From: Bacteroidota bacterium
GTDB taxonomy: Bacteria; Bacteroidota; Bacteroidia; Chitinophagales; Chitinophagaceae
Length of the DNA: 64,000 nucleotides
Reading direction: 5' to 3'
NCBI GenBank assembly: GCA_005798905.1
Contig: SYIK01000001.1
Location: forward strand, 140,443-204,442
The position numbers and the translations under genes are program-made. Each line of letters opens with the position of its first letter. The first letter of the stretch is position 1. The notes beneath the pieces are model-generated. The model worked only from the letters and a program-made list of their open reading frames with translations, was not told the DNA's origin and made no database searches. Below, in pieces: positions 41,901 to 49,946 of the stretch.

Positions 41901-42287
41901 CGTTCAACCAAATTAGTTAAAGAGGTTGAAGCATGGGTTTTGGATTATGGAAACACCACTACAGATCATTACCCCGTAATGAGCCGACTTTTAATGCCGA
42001 CCGCCATTACAGGATTAGTGCAAATACCGAATGAAGAAATTGAATTAAAACTTTTGCCCAATCCGATAACTACTGAATTGAATTTTAGTTTTAAACCAAA
42101 TGCTGGAATTGTTCAAATTTCAATTTTGGACATAAATGGAAAAATAGTTTACAAACAAAATGCATATCAAACTGCGGCGATAATTCAAACAGTAAACATA
42201 AACATGCAACAGTTTCAAAAAGGTATTTATGTGTTGAGAATAAATAACAACCAGAAATTCAATGTGCAAAAATTTGTAAAACTGTAA
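38919..42287 (+). CDS. T9SS-secreted multidomain protein: Ig-like repeats plus endonuclease/exonuclease/phosphatase (EEP) domain plus type A T9SS C-terminal sorting domain
   Basis: Signal peptide MKKKIVGLFILITLFISPINLIHGQ. Two SbsA-type Ig-like units (P.V.SLNP......I......I.F.E.....G.I.V...). EEP motifs: VNWNLEWFG, YALCEI, LGDFNDD, TDHYPV. The C-terminus LKLLPNPITTELNFSF...ISILDINGKIVY...GIYVLRI matches the type A CTD. The track starts earlier, at 38868. Confidence 0.8.
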   Translation: MKKKIVGLFILITLFISPINLIHGQINLTGTSYVQSFDTISTSGLPNGITVRTGSTAAVVGTIATFSNAAVAWNNTSGAFKNFASAIGLTSTATSTEQNNNTNRSLGLRQSASTGDPGGAFVFQLSNTTNLQSFSLTFELQSLDISSPRTTTWLVDYAIGNSPINFTTITSSPTPLITGNSLFTNTAVTVNFGTALNNSSQPVWIRIVTLSASTGSGNRASTGIDNFILSYSPMVDATLPTVQSLNPTHNNINASIFFPLQIKFSENIQKGTGNIIVKNITDNTEQTINVTSTAVTVINDSATITATLISNKQYRVIIPAGAFKDLASNNFAGITEGNWNFTTANSDVTPPIVNSLNPNSGATNISLSPTIKLIFNEAVQTGNNLIVVKKSSDNSTVFSVNAQTGASTSGNEGIIPITGLSANTLYYVQVLNGAFKDLAGNNFSGFTDNTTWQFTTGIGDTINYTFNSCNNFSSPGSGWTQYSFSGDSIWRCTVYGNNNTNGVQMSGFVNTIGPVVNEDWLISPSLNLSGYNIPILSFKARTKYNGDKIELFASTNFSGSGNPSAAVWTPISIILPLENSDVWTLIDSINLSNFKTTATFLAIKYTSTTLSAARWTIDDFAIRNSSVVPGAAFQITNPIYNFDNAVAGIATTAKKFQFVGTNFQNNLTITAPTTFQVSKDNSSFGTSISFTPSELSTGYKTAFLRYTPVNNNTANLGYLNFNNSTNINTNKIELVGNSYASSATIDIVNWNLEWFGSTSNGPADNNLQQANVKKVMDSLQADIYALCEIVDTTRLMNLTNSLSGYAYKVSDYCSNAPNQASSNYANGQKLAFIYKTSVVSNVKVRGLLKNSTTANSNWASGRVPYLMEADIINGNVSKKYNLILLHGKAGSAISDYQRRKDGVIELKDSLDFQFNTARVMILGDFNDDIDSTISVGIIPAISSYDYLVKDSTDADHYKALSMPLSKANISSTISYPEVIDHVVISNEISQDVILRSTKLVKEVEAWVLDYGNTTTDHYPVMSRLLMPTAITGLVQIPNEEIELKLLPNPITTELNFSFKPNAGIVQISILDINGKIVYKQNAYQTAAIIQTVNINMQQFQKGIYVLRINNNQKFNVQKFVKL

Positions 42288-42368
42288 AATAATTAGGGAT
42301 TAAATCTTCTGGATTTTTTTATTCAATTGAATGTTTTAAAAAAGTTCAAAAAACAATTCGCATTCCCT

Positions 42369-42376
42369 TACCTTTG
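42369..42376 (+). promoter_or_regulatory. -7 promoter box TACCTTTG for the rpsF-rpsR-rplI operon
   Basis: Exact TAnnTTTG match 85 nt upstream of the rpsF ATG. Confidence 0.45.
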
Positions 42377-42383
42377 CAACCCC

Positions 42384-42418
42384 AAATCTGTGTTTCGTCA
42401 GATTTCCCGCTTTGCGGG
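42384..42418 (+). promoter_or_regulatory. Structured 5' leader of rpsF (two adjacent hairpins); possible ribosomal-protein autoregulatory leader
   Basis: Hairpin 1 is aaatctg (42384-42390) paired with cagattt (42399-42405). Hairpin 2 is cccgc-ttt-gcggg (42406-42418). Both lie between the -7 box and the ATG at 42461. Confidence 0.3.
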
Positions 42419-42460
42419 ACCCATTGGGCAAACCGAATTATTAATTTTAAAAACAGGGTA

Positions 42461-42817
42461 ATGAACAATTATGAAATGATGGTGATTTTTACCCCCGTGT
42501 TGAGCGATGAAGAATTTAAAACCGCTCAAAAAAAGTATGCCTCCCTTGTACAGTCTGTTAAAGGGGAGATTATTCACGATAATCCTTGGGGATTAAAATC
42601 ACTGGCGTATCCTATCCAAAAAAAGACTACGGGAATTTATTGGGTAATGGAATTTACTGCGCCATCCGACTTTATTGAAAAGCTGAATATTCAGCTTTTA
42701 AGAGACGAATCCGTACTTCGTCATTTAACAACTAAACTCGATAAATACGCCGTCGAGTACAATTGGAAAAAGAAAAGTGGTGTAAGAACAGGAACCTATA
42801 AAGAAATGGAGGCTTAA
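42461..42817 (+). CDS. rpsF: 30S ribosomal protein S6
   Basis: MNNYEMMVIFTP is the canonical S6 N-terminus. The track's 29-codon upstream extension (TTG at 42374) covers the leader and is unlikely to be real. Confidence 0.92.
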   Translation: MNNYEMMVIFTPVLSDEEFKTAQKKYASLVQSVKGEIIHDNPWGLKSLAYPIQKKTTGIYWVMEFTAPSDFIEKLNIQLLRDESVLRHLTTKLDKYAVEYNWKKKSGVRTGTYKEMEA

Positions 42818-42820
42818 ACT

Positions 42821-43087
42821 ATGGCAAAGGCAAATGAAATAAAATACCTGACCGCCATAAAAAGCGAGAAAAGACCTAAAAAATTCTGCCGCTTTAAAAA
42901 ATATGGCATCCGTTACATCGATTATAAAGATGTAGAATTTCTAAAAAAATTTTTAAACGAACAGGGCAAATTGTTGCCTCGCCGTCTTTCTGGTAATTCT
43001 TTGAAATACCAAAGAAAAGTAAGCGAAGCAATTAAAAAAGCTCGTCAAATGGCATTGTTGCCTTTTGTAACCGATTTATTAAAGTAA
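42821..43087 (+). CDS. rpsR: 30S ribosomal protein S18
   Basis: 88 aa. Contains CRF.......IDYKD...L..F....GKI.PRR..G.....QR....AIK.AR..ALLP. Confidence 0.92.
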   Translation: MAKANEIKYLTAIKSEKRPKKFCRFKKYGIRYIDYKDVEFLKKFLNEQGKLLPRRLSGNSLKYQRKVSEAIKKARQMALLPFVTDLLK

Positions 43088-43158
43088 TGCCCCTCTAATC
43101 CTGATCATAAAAAATCAGGTGACAGTCGAAAAAAGACTGGGGCGGTAAACTAAAAATC

Positions 43159-43605
43159 ATGGAAATAATTTTAATTCAAGACGTAGATAATTTAGGTGGA
43201 GCCAATGAACTTGTAAAAGTTAAAAATGGCTACGCACGTAACTTTCTTTTTCCTCGCAAACTTGCAGTTGAAGCCAATAGCAGCAATTTAAAGCAGTTGG
43301 AAGAACGCATGAAACAATTGAAGAAGAAAGAAGATAAAATGTTAGCAGAAATAAGTAGCGTAATTGCGAAACTTACAGACGGTCCTTTGAAAATTGCAGC
43401 AAAATCTGGAATCAGTGGAAAAATTTTTGGAAGTGTAACCACTTTGCAAATTAGCCGCGCTATCAGAGACCAAAAAGGTTTTGAAATTGATCGCAAAAAA
43501 ATCTCTATAACTGACGAAGTAAAAGAAATTGGAACTTACAAAGCTCAAATTGATTTTGGCAACAACAAAACTGCCGAGTTGGAATTTGAAGTTGTAAGCG
43601 AATAA
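43159..43605 (+). CDS. rplI: 50S ribosomal protein L9
   Basis: 148 aa. MEIILIQDVDNLGGANELVKVKNGYARNFLFPRKLA is the canonical L9 N-terminus. Confidence 0.92.
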   Translation: MEIILIQDVDNLGGANELVKVKNGYARNFLFPRKLAVEANSSNLKQLEERMKQLKKKEDKMLAEISSVIAKLTDGPLKIAAKSGISGKIFGSVTTLQISRAIRDQKGFEIDRKKISITDEVKEIGTYKAQIDFGNNKTAELEFEVVSE

Positions 43606-43626
43606 ATTCAACCAAATTTTATTGGT

Positions 43627-43660
43627 AAAAACCTCTTCAATTGAAGAGGTTTTTATTTTC
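43627..43660 (+). terminator. Rho-independent terminator of the rpsF operon
   Basis: Perfect inverted repeat aaaacctcttc-aatt-gaagaggtttt followed by tatttt. Confidence 0.75.
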
Positions 43661-43739
43661 TGTAAATGCCAAAGTAATTTCATAACCGCCTACTTTAGAG
43701 CTTATTAAAAATAAATAACCTTTAATAACCAATTTACTA

Positions 43740-43747
43740 TACCTTTG
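43740..43747 (+). promoter_or_regulatory. -7 promoter box TACCTTTG for the RRM-protein gene
   Basis: Exact TAnnTTTG match about 120 nt upstream of the ATG at 43869, implying a long 5' UTR. Confidence 0.4.
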
Positions 43748-43868
43748 CACGGTATATGGTGCTCTTTACAGTTTCATAAGTTCTCTGAACGATTCGTTCT
43801 TTTGATGAATGTTCATTGTTTATTTGTTTACTGTCGATCACTTATTTTATTTTTTTAAACTCTCAAAC

Positions 43869-44252
43869 ATGAACATTTACGCAGGAAATTTAAGCTGGAA
43901 CCTGAAAGACCAGGATTTGCAAAATTTATTTGCCCAGTATGGCGAAGTAACTTCAGCCAAAGTTGTAACCGACAAATTTACAGGCCGTAGCAAAGGGTTT
44001 GGTTTTGTTGAAATGGCAACAGCTGAGCAAGCCAATGCAGCTATTGCAGCATTAAACGGTACCGAACTTGACGGCCGTAGCATTGTTGTAAACGAAAGCC
44101 GTCCTAAAGAAGAAGGTGCTGGCGGTGGATTTAAAAGACGCAGCTTTGGTGCTGGCGGCGGTGGTGGCTTTAAAAAAGGCGGCTACAACAAAGGTGGCAA
44201 CAGCGGTGGCGGTTACGGTCGCGATCGTGGTGGTTACAACAGCGAATATTAA
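43869..44252 (+). CDS. RNA-binding protein (single RRM with Gly-rich C-terminal tail)
   Basis: MNIYAGNLSW contains RNP2; KGFGFVEM is RNP1. The tail reads GAGGGFKRRSFGAGGGGGFKKGGYNKGGNSGGGYG. The track's upstream extension from 43809 is unlikely to be real. Confidence 0.88.
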   Translation: MNIYAGNLSWNLKDQDLQNLFAQYGEVTSAKVVTDKFTGRSKGFGFVEMATAEQANAAIAALNGTELDGRSIVVNESRPKEEGAGGGFKRRSFGAGGGGGFKKGGYNKGGNSGGGYGRDRGGYNSEY

Positions 44253-44277
44253 TTTATAACGATATTACTGTTTTTGA

Positions 44278-44306
44278 AAAAGTCTGGTTTTACCAGGCTT
44301 TTTTTA
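44278..44306. terminator. Hairpin terminator between convergent genes (RRM protein / lipid kinase)
   Basis: aaaagtctggt-ttt-accaggctttt followed by a T-run on the plus strand, with an A-run on the 5' side. It could therefore work in both directions. Confidence 0.65.
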
Positions 44307-45161
44307 TTAATAACAAACCAAATATTTAGCAGGTAAAATTTCAATATTCAATTTCTTGGCTTCATAATATTCTCCATCCAAATGGGCTTCAATTGGAAAT
44401 TCACTTTCAATAATTATCTGTTTTGACCTTGAATATTCCACAAACGAAAGTTGAAGATGTTTCCCTTTTTCGATTACCGGCAACCAACGCAAACGAAATA
44501 GTGGATGTAATTTAGTTATCAATACTATTTCTAAATGTCCATCATCAATTGCTGCCAAAGGGGCTATATGAAAACCACCACCCGCCCTTTGTCCATTCAT
44601 TACACTTATTAGAAAGTGGTCCTTTTCGCGAATTGATTCATTGAAATTTGTTTTGTATTTTTTTGATTGATAAAAAAATATCGCACGCAAAATCGCTGAC
44701 ATAAAGGAAGCTTTCCCTGGTCTTTTCTTTTTACCAGTTAATTTTTTTGCAACAGCTCCTTCAAATCCAACCCCCACACCATTAATAAAATATTTATCGT
44801 TGCATTTCCCGGCATCAACAAGTTTTGGCTGTGTTGTTAATACCAAATCTACCTGTTCTTCAAAACTAATTTTACCATAAAGCAGCCAGTGCACATCATT
44901 ACCTGTTCCTCCATTGAATAACGCTAATGGAATTTTAATGTCGGGGTAATGATTAATGAAGTAATTCAAAGTTCCATCGCCGCCAACGATAAATACATCC
45001 GAAATCCCATCAAAAGTGGACGGCCAATTTCCCAAAAAAAGTGTGTGAATTATTTTTCTTTCGGTAAGAACCGCAGCAATTTTATTTGCTAACACAACAG
45101 CTCTTCCAACTCCTGCAAGCGGATTACAAACAATGGCAATATGTTTTTCTTTGTTTAACAA
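44307..45161 (-). CDS. Diacylglycerol/lipid kinase family protein (YegS/BmrU-like)
   Basis: 284 aa. Contains NP.AG, the catalytic motif GGDGTLN, GGTGND and a C-terminal DGE pattern. Confidence 0.8.
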   Translation of the reverse strand: MLNKEKHIAIVCNPLAGVGRAVVLANKIAAVLTERKIIHTLFLGNWPSTFDGISDVFIVGGDGTLNYFINHYPDIKIPLALFNGGTGNDVHWLLYGKISFEEQVDLVLTTQPKLVDAGKCNDKYFINGVGVGFEGAVAKKLTGKKKRPGKASFMSAILRAIFFYQSKKYKTNFNESIREKDHFLISVMNGQRAGGGFHIAPLAAIDDGHLEIVLITKLHPLFRLRWLPVIEKGKHLQLSFVEYSRSKQIIIESEFPIEAHLDGEYYEAKKLNIEILPAKYLVCY

Positions 45162-45249
45162 TTTATTAATTAGCTGAAAATTAAATGTTTTTAATCACTT
45201 CACAATATAGCATAATTGCCCAAGCAGTTTTCTTTAACTTCGCAACCAA

Positions 45250-46785
45250 ATGACTGAAAAAATTCTTATTCTCGATTTTGGCTCTCAATATACTCAACTC
45301 ATTGCTCGTGTTGTTCGAGAGTCAAATGTTTTTTGTGAAATCATCCCCTATAACAAAAATTTTGAACTCGATCCATTTTTAAAAGGAATCATTTTAAGTG
45401 GGTCTCCTTTTTCTGTAAATGATACGAATGCACCAACTGTTGACATTGAGTCATTGTCTAAAAAAGTACCTATACTTGGTATTTGCTATGGTGCACAACT
45501 TACTTCAAAACAATTTGGTGGTAAAGTTGAAAAAAGTAATAAAAGAGAATACGGACGAGCATTTCTGAAAAAAAATAAAGAGGATATTTTATTTTCAACT
45601 ATTAGTGAACTCAGTCAGGTTTGGATGAGTCATGCAGATTCAATATTAGAACTCCCTTCAAATTTTGAACTGTTGGCAACAACAGAAAATATTCCAGTTG
45701 CTGCATTTAAAAAAAGTGAAAATCAAATTTGTCCAATTTATGGGTTGCAATTTCACCCGGAAGTTTACCACAGTGTTGAAGGAAAAAAAATAATTAATAA
45801 TTTCTTGCTTTCCATTTGTGGTTGTAAACAAGATTGGACACCTGCCCATTTTATTTCGGATACAGTAGCAGCATTAAAAAAACAAATTGGTAATCGAAAA
45901 GTAATTATGGCACTCAGTGGTGGAGTCGATTCCACCGTAGCTGCAACGCTAATTCATAAAGCTATTGGCAATCAATTGCAAGGGATATTTGTTGACAATG
46001 GCGTTTTAAGAAAACATGAATTTGAAAATGTACTTAAAAATTATTCGCAATTAGAATTAGATGTAAAAGGAGTTGATGCAAGACAAATTTTTTATTCTGC
46101 ACTTGAAGGAAAATCTGATCCAGAAGAAAAGCGAAAAATTATTGGTCGGCTTTTCATTGAAATTTTTCAAAAAGAAGCGAATAAAATTAATGACGTAGCC
46201 TTTCTTGGACAAGGAACCATTTATCCAGATGTAATTGAAAGCCTTTCTGTACATGGCCCTTCGGCTACAATTAAATCACATCACAATGTTGGTGGATTAC
46301 CCGAAAAAATGCATTTAGAATTAGTAGAACCTTTACGCACTTTGTTTAAAGATGAAGTACGAAAAGTAGGAAGAGAATTAGGAATCAATGCTGACTTAAT
46401 TGATCGGCATCCTTTTCCTGGGCCAGGATTGGCTATTCGTATTTTAGGAGAAATAACCGAAGAAAAAGTAAGCTTGTTGCAAGCTGCCGATGAAATTTAT
46501 ATGAATGCATTAAAAAGCTATAATCTTTACAATAGTATTTGGCAAGCCGGTGCAATTTTATTGCCGGTAAAAAGTGTTGGCGTGATGGGTGATGAAAGAA
46601 CTTATGAATATACTTTAGCATTAAGAGCAGTAACAAGTGTAGATGGTATGACGGCAGATTGGGCACACCTCCCCTACGATTTTTTAGCTTTTGTTTCCAA
46701 TGAAATTATAAACCAAGTTAAAGGAATTAATCGCGTTGTTTACGACATCAGCAGCAAACCTCCTGCAACAATTGAGTGGGAATAA
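45250..46785 (+). CDS. guaA: GMP synthase (glutamine-hydrolysing)
   Basis: 511 aa. GATase motifs [19 protein letters not shown] and QFHPE. ATP-PPase P-loop SGGVDS. The C-terminus ends PPATIEWE. Confidence 0.95.
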   Translation: MTEKILILDFGSQYTQLIARVVRESNVFCEIIPYNKNFELDPFLKGIILSGSPFSVNDTNAPTVDIESLSKKVPILGICYGAQLTSKQFGGKVEKSNKREYGRAFLKKNKEDILFSTISELSQVWMSHADSILELPSNFELLATTENIPVAAFKKSENQICPIYGLQFHPEVYHSVEGKKIINNFLLSICGCKQDWTPAHFISDTVAALKKQIGNRKVIMALSGGVDSTVAATLIHKAIGNQLQGIFVDNGVLRKHEFENVLKNYSQLELDVKGVDARQIFYSALEGKSDPEEKRKIIGRLFIEIFQKEANKINDVAFLGQGTIYPDVIESLSVHGPSATIKSHHNVGGLPEKMHLELVEPLRTLFKDEVRKVGRELGINADLIDRHPFPGPGLAIRILGEITEEKVSLLQAADEIYMNALKSYNLYNSIWQAGAILLPVKSVGVMGDERTYEYTLALRAVTSVDGMTADWAHLPYDFLAFVSNEIINQVKGINRVVYDISSKPPATIEWE

Positions 46786-46816
46786 ACAACCTCAGTTCAA
46801 CTAAAAAGTACAATGA

Positions 46817-47998
46817 ATGCAAAAGTGTTTTTCTTTTTTATTCAGTTTTTTATTTTGGGGAAATATTTTTCTGTTTGCACAGAATGAAGGCAAATTGAAT
46901 AAACAAAAAATTGTTGTTTTTACTCCTCTTTATCTTGATTCTGTATTTGATATAAATGGCAGTTTTCGTTACGACAGTATTTTTCCAAAATTTATAAATC
47001 CCGGACTTGAATTTTATGAAGGCGTTCAAACGGCAATTGATTCATTGCAAAAAGTCAACAAAAATTTCGAAATTTTTATTTTTGATTCTCGTTCCAAAAA
47101 AAAATCTTTACTGCAAAATTTAAACGCAACGACTTTAAAAGATTTAGGTTTAATAATTGCGTATACAACTGTTTCTGAAAGTAGGGAACTTGCCGACTTT
47201 GCGAAAGAAAAAAAAATCCCCTACATAAATGTAAATCTCCCAAATGATGGAAACATCAATAATAATCCGTGGTTTGTTTTGCTAAACCCTTCTCTCAAAA
47301 CACATACAGATGGAATTGGAAAATTTATTAAGCAAAACTATCCTGCTAAATCAGTAATCGTATTTAGAAAAAAAGGTGCGATGGAAGATTTGATTTCTTC
47401 TTACTTAACCCCCTTTAATCAAACTACATCTAAAGATTTTTTAAACCTAAAATTTGTTGATCTAAATGAAAAATATTCACTTCAACAGTTAACAAATCAG
47501 TTAGATAGTACACAACAAAATATTTGCATCATTGCAAGCCTAGACGAAAAATTTTGCCTACACCTTGCTTATCAATTAGCCTCAGTTGGAGAATTATACC
47601 CACTAACTATTTTGGGCATGCCAACCTTAAATAATTTAAGTAAAGATTTTGCTCGATCAGAATTTCAAGCAATTACTGTCATATATGGACACCCGTTTTA
47701 CATTGAAAAAAGCAATAAATTAAATCAACAACTGACAAATCAATTTCAATTTTTGATGAATGCACGACCAAGTGATATGTACTTTCGTGGCTTCGAAGTC
47801 ATGATGAAATATGCGCAATTATTGTATAAATACAATTCAGATCTTTCCTCTCAACTTACACTTAAAGAATTTAATGTCTTTACAGATTTTGATGTTCAAC
47901 CCATAATTAATAAACACACTTTGACTTTAGAGTATTTCGAAAATAAAAAACTTTATTTCCTAAAATGGAAAGAGGGAATGATTAAAGAAGTATTATAA
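46817..47998 (+). CDS. Secreted hypothetical protein, possibly type-1 periplasmic-binding-protein fold
   Basis: 393 aa with a signal peptide. The alternating beta-alpha pattern (KIVVFTPLY, IFIFDS, GLIIAYT, VIVFRKK, ICIIAS) is reminiscent of LivJ-like binding proteins. No transporter genes are nearby. This is a weak call. Confidence 0.35.
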   Translation: MQKCFSFLFSFLFWGNIFLFAQNEGKLNKQKIVVFTPLYLDSVFDINGSFRYDSIFPKFINPGLEFYEGVQTAIDSLQKVNKNFEIFIFDSRSKKKSLLQNLNATTLKDLGLIIAYTTVSESRELADFAKEKKIPYINVNLPNDGNINNNPWFVLLNPSLKTHTDGIGKFIKQNYPAKSVIVFRKKGAMEDLISSYLTPFNQTTSKDFLNLKFVDLNEKYSLQQLTNQLDSTQQNICIIASLDEKFCLHLAYQLASVGELYPLTILGMPTLNNLSKDFARSEFQAITVIYGHPFYIEKSNKLNQQLTNQFQFLMNARPSDMYFRGFEVMMKYAQLLYKYNSDLSSQLTLKEFNVFTDFDVQPIINKHTLTLEYFENKKLYFLKWKEGMIKEVL

Positions 47999-48010
47999 AG
48001 AATATTGCTA

Positions 48011-48760
48011 CTAATTTATTTTTTTCTTCATTGTTTTTACTTGCTGGTGCAAGTTGGTAACAATATTTGCAAGTTGGTTGATATCCCATCTTTGTTGCGA
48101 AGCAGCACGACTAATTACAACTGTTGCCTGCCACAATTCTAAAACATCTTCTGTACTAATACTATAAGTCTGATAAGAAGTATTATCACTTACCAACGTT
48201 AATTTATTTTTTACGCGATTATTTTTTTCAATGCGTTTATAAACGATTCCATCTGCTTTTGAAACGATAATATAAGTGTGATTTATTTTTACATCATCGG
48301 TATTCTCTACTTTCTCCCCTACAATTATTGAACCGCTTGTAGTAGGTAACATCGAGTCGCCAACAATTTCGAAAGCACGATAATTACCTCCCGTAAGCAT
48401 GGGAAGCGTAAATGTATTTAACTCGTCGATATAGTCAGGATCTGCGTATCCATTCAAATATCCCGCAGCAGCTTTCATTGGAACAAAAGGAATGTCTGGT
48501 CTTCCGCCAGCTAATTTTAAAAGACGTCTTTTGGCAAGGTAGTTCCCTGAATTATCACTTAAATCTTTTCGTAAAATTTCATCTAAAGAAAGTTTGAAAA
48601 TATCGCAAACCACTTCCAACACATCAATTCGTGGTTCGGCTCTTTCTTCTTCGTAAGCACCAATTAAGGAACGCTTAATGCGTAATTTATCAGCAAAGTC
48701 TTGCTGCGTCCATCCGCGCAACTTGCGCAGATATTTCATATTTTGATTGGCAAAAGACAT
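48011..48760 (-). CDS. XRE-family HTH transcriptional regulator fused to an S24 (LexA/CI-like) peptidase domain
   Basis: 249 aa. N-terminal HTH: LRKLRGWTQQDFADKLRIKRSLIGAYEE. The C-terminal S24 motif FEIVGDSMLPT carries the Ser nucleophile, with a downstream IVYKRI Lys. Confidence 0.8.
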   Translation of the reverse strand: MSFANQNMKYLRKLRGWTQQDFADKLRIKRSLIGAYEEERAEPRIDVLEVVCDIFKLSLDEILRKDLSDNSGNYLAKRRLLKLAGGRPDIPFVPMKAAAGYLNGYADPDYIDELNTFTLPMLTGGNYRAFEIVGDSMLPTTSGSIIVGEKVENTDDVKINHTYIIVSKADGIVYKRIEKNNRVKNKLTLVSDNTSYQTYSISTEDVLELWQATVVISRAASQQRWDINQLANIVTNLHQQVKTMKKKIN

Positions 48761-48873
48761 ACAACTAATTCATTTAGCTGCAAATTACTAAATATTTTAG
48801 ATTAATAAAAAAATCTTTTTTGCATTTTGGAATAACAGAAAAAAGAAATGATTTTTGTTAAAGAATCAATAAC

Positions 48874-49662
48874 ATGAAAAAAACATCAAAAGAAAAACCT
48901 TTAATCCTAATTACAAATGACGACGGAGTAACTGCGCCCGGTATTTTAAATTTAGTTGAAGCAGTAAAAGGCCTTGGTAAAATAGTTGTTGTAGCGCCCG
49001 ACAAGCCACAATCTGGAATGGGACATGCCATTACTATCGGCTCCCTATTACGCCTTCATAAAATAACGATTGCTGGCGCTGATGAAGCTTATGCTTGTAC
49101 TGGCACTCCAGTTGATTGCGTAAAATTAGCCGTTGATAAAGTATTAAAAAGAAAACCTGATTTATGTTTAAGTGGAATTAACCATGGAGCCAATCACAGT
49201 ATCAATGTTATTTATTCCGGAACAATGTCGGCTGCCGTGGAAGCTGCTATTGAAAGTATTCCTTCTGTTGGATTTTCTCTTTTAGACTTTAGTATTGATG
49301 CTAATTTTACTGGTGCAAAAAAATATGCACGTACCATTGTTGAAAAATTAATCAAATCGAAATTGGACAAGCATTTAATTTTAAATGTAAACATTCCCGC
49401 CATTCCATTAAATAATATAAAAGGAATGAAAATATGTCGACAAGCCTATGCAAAATATGTCGAAGATTTTGTAGAACGCTTCGACCCCCACGGGAAAAAA
49501 TATTTTTGGCTAACGGGCGATTTTGTAAATTTCGATAAAGGAAAAGATACAGATGTATGGGCACTTAATCACAACTTTGTAAGTATTGTTCCGGTTCAAT
49601 TCGACTTAACTAATTATGATTTAAAAAATAAACTTCAAAAATCATGGAAAAATTTATTCTAA
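48874..49662 (+). CDS. surE: 5'/3'-nucleotidase SurE
   Basis: 262 aa. Contains ILITNDDG..APGI, P...QSG..H..T, GTP.DCV, SGIN.G.N and YSGT..AA.E. Confidence 0.9.
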   Translation: MKKTSKEKPLILITNDDGVTAPGILNLVEAVKGLGKIVVVAPDKPQSGMGHAITIGSLLRLHKITIAGADEAYACTGTPVDCVKLAVDKVLKRKPDLCLSGINHGANHSINVIYSGTMSAAVEAAIESIPSVGFSLLDFSIDANFTGAKKYARTIVEKLIKSKLDKHLILNVNIPAIPLNNIKGMKICRQAYAKYVEDFVERFDPHGKKYFWLTGDFVNFDKGKDTDVWALNHNFVSIVPVQFDLTNYDLKNKLQKSWKNLF

Positions 49663-49946
49663 CAAAAGACAACCTTTTGTTGGGTTTGTTTCTAGGATTA
49701 CTCGGTCCGGTTGTGGGATTGGTAATAATTTATTTTTTAAAATTTCCTTCTTGGGATTTTGGAACATTTTTAGTTGAATTTTTTCAATCCAACGCATTGA
49801 TAACTTCTATTGGTTCGCTTTGCTTGTTTACCAATGCCGTACTTTTCACTATTTATATTAATACCCATCGCGATAATACCGCGAAAGGAATTTTTGTAAC
49901 TACCGTTATTTATGGAATTGGAATTTTGCTTCTTAAGCTTTTTTAA
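49644..49946 (+). CDS. Small integral membrane protein of unknown function
   Basis: 100 aa with three predicted hydrophobic helices. It overlaps the surE 3' end by 19 nt, and its stop abuts the lpxB ATG (TAAATG). Confidence 0.5.
   Translation: MEKFILTKDNLLLGLFLGLLGPVVGLVIIYFLKFPSWDFGTFLVEFFQSNALITSIGSLCLFTNAVLFTIYINTHRDNTAKGIFVTTVIYGIGILLLKLF

Noticed and set aside
42374-42460. N-terminal extension of rpsF (TTG start); likewise 43809-43868 for the RRM-protein gene
   Set aside because: Canonical S6 (MNNYEMMVIFTP) and RRM (MNIYAGNL) N-termini begin at internal ATGs. The extensions cover predicted promoter and leader sequence.
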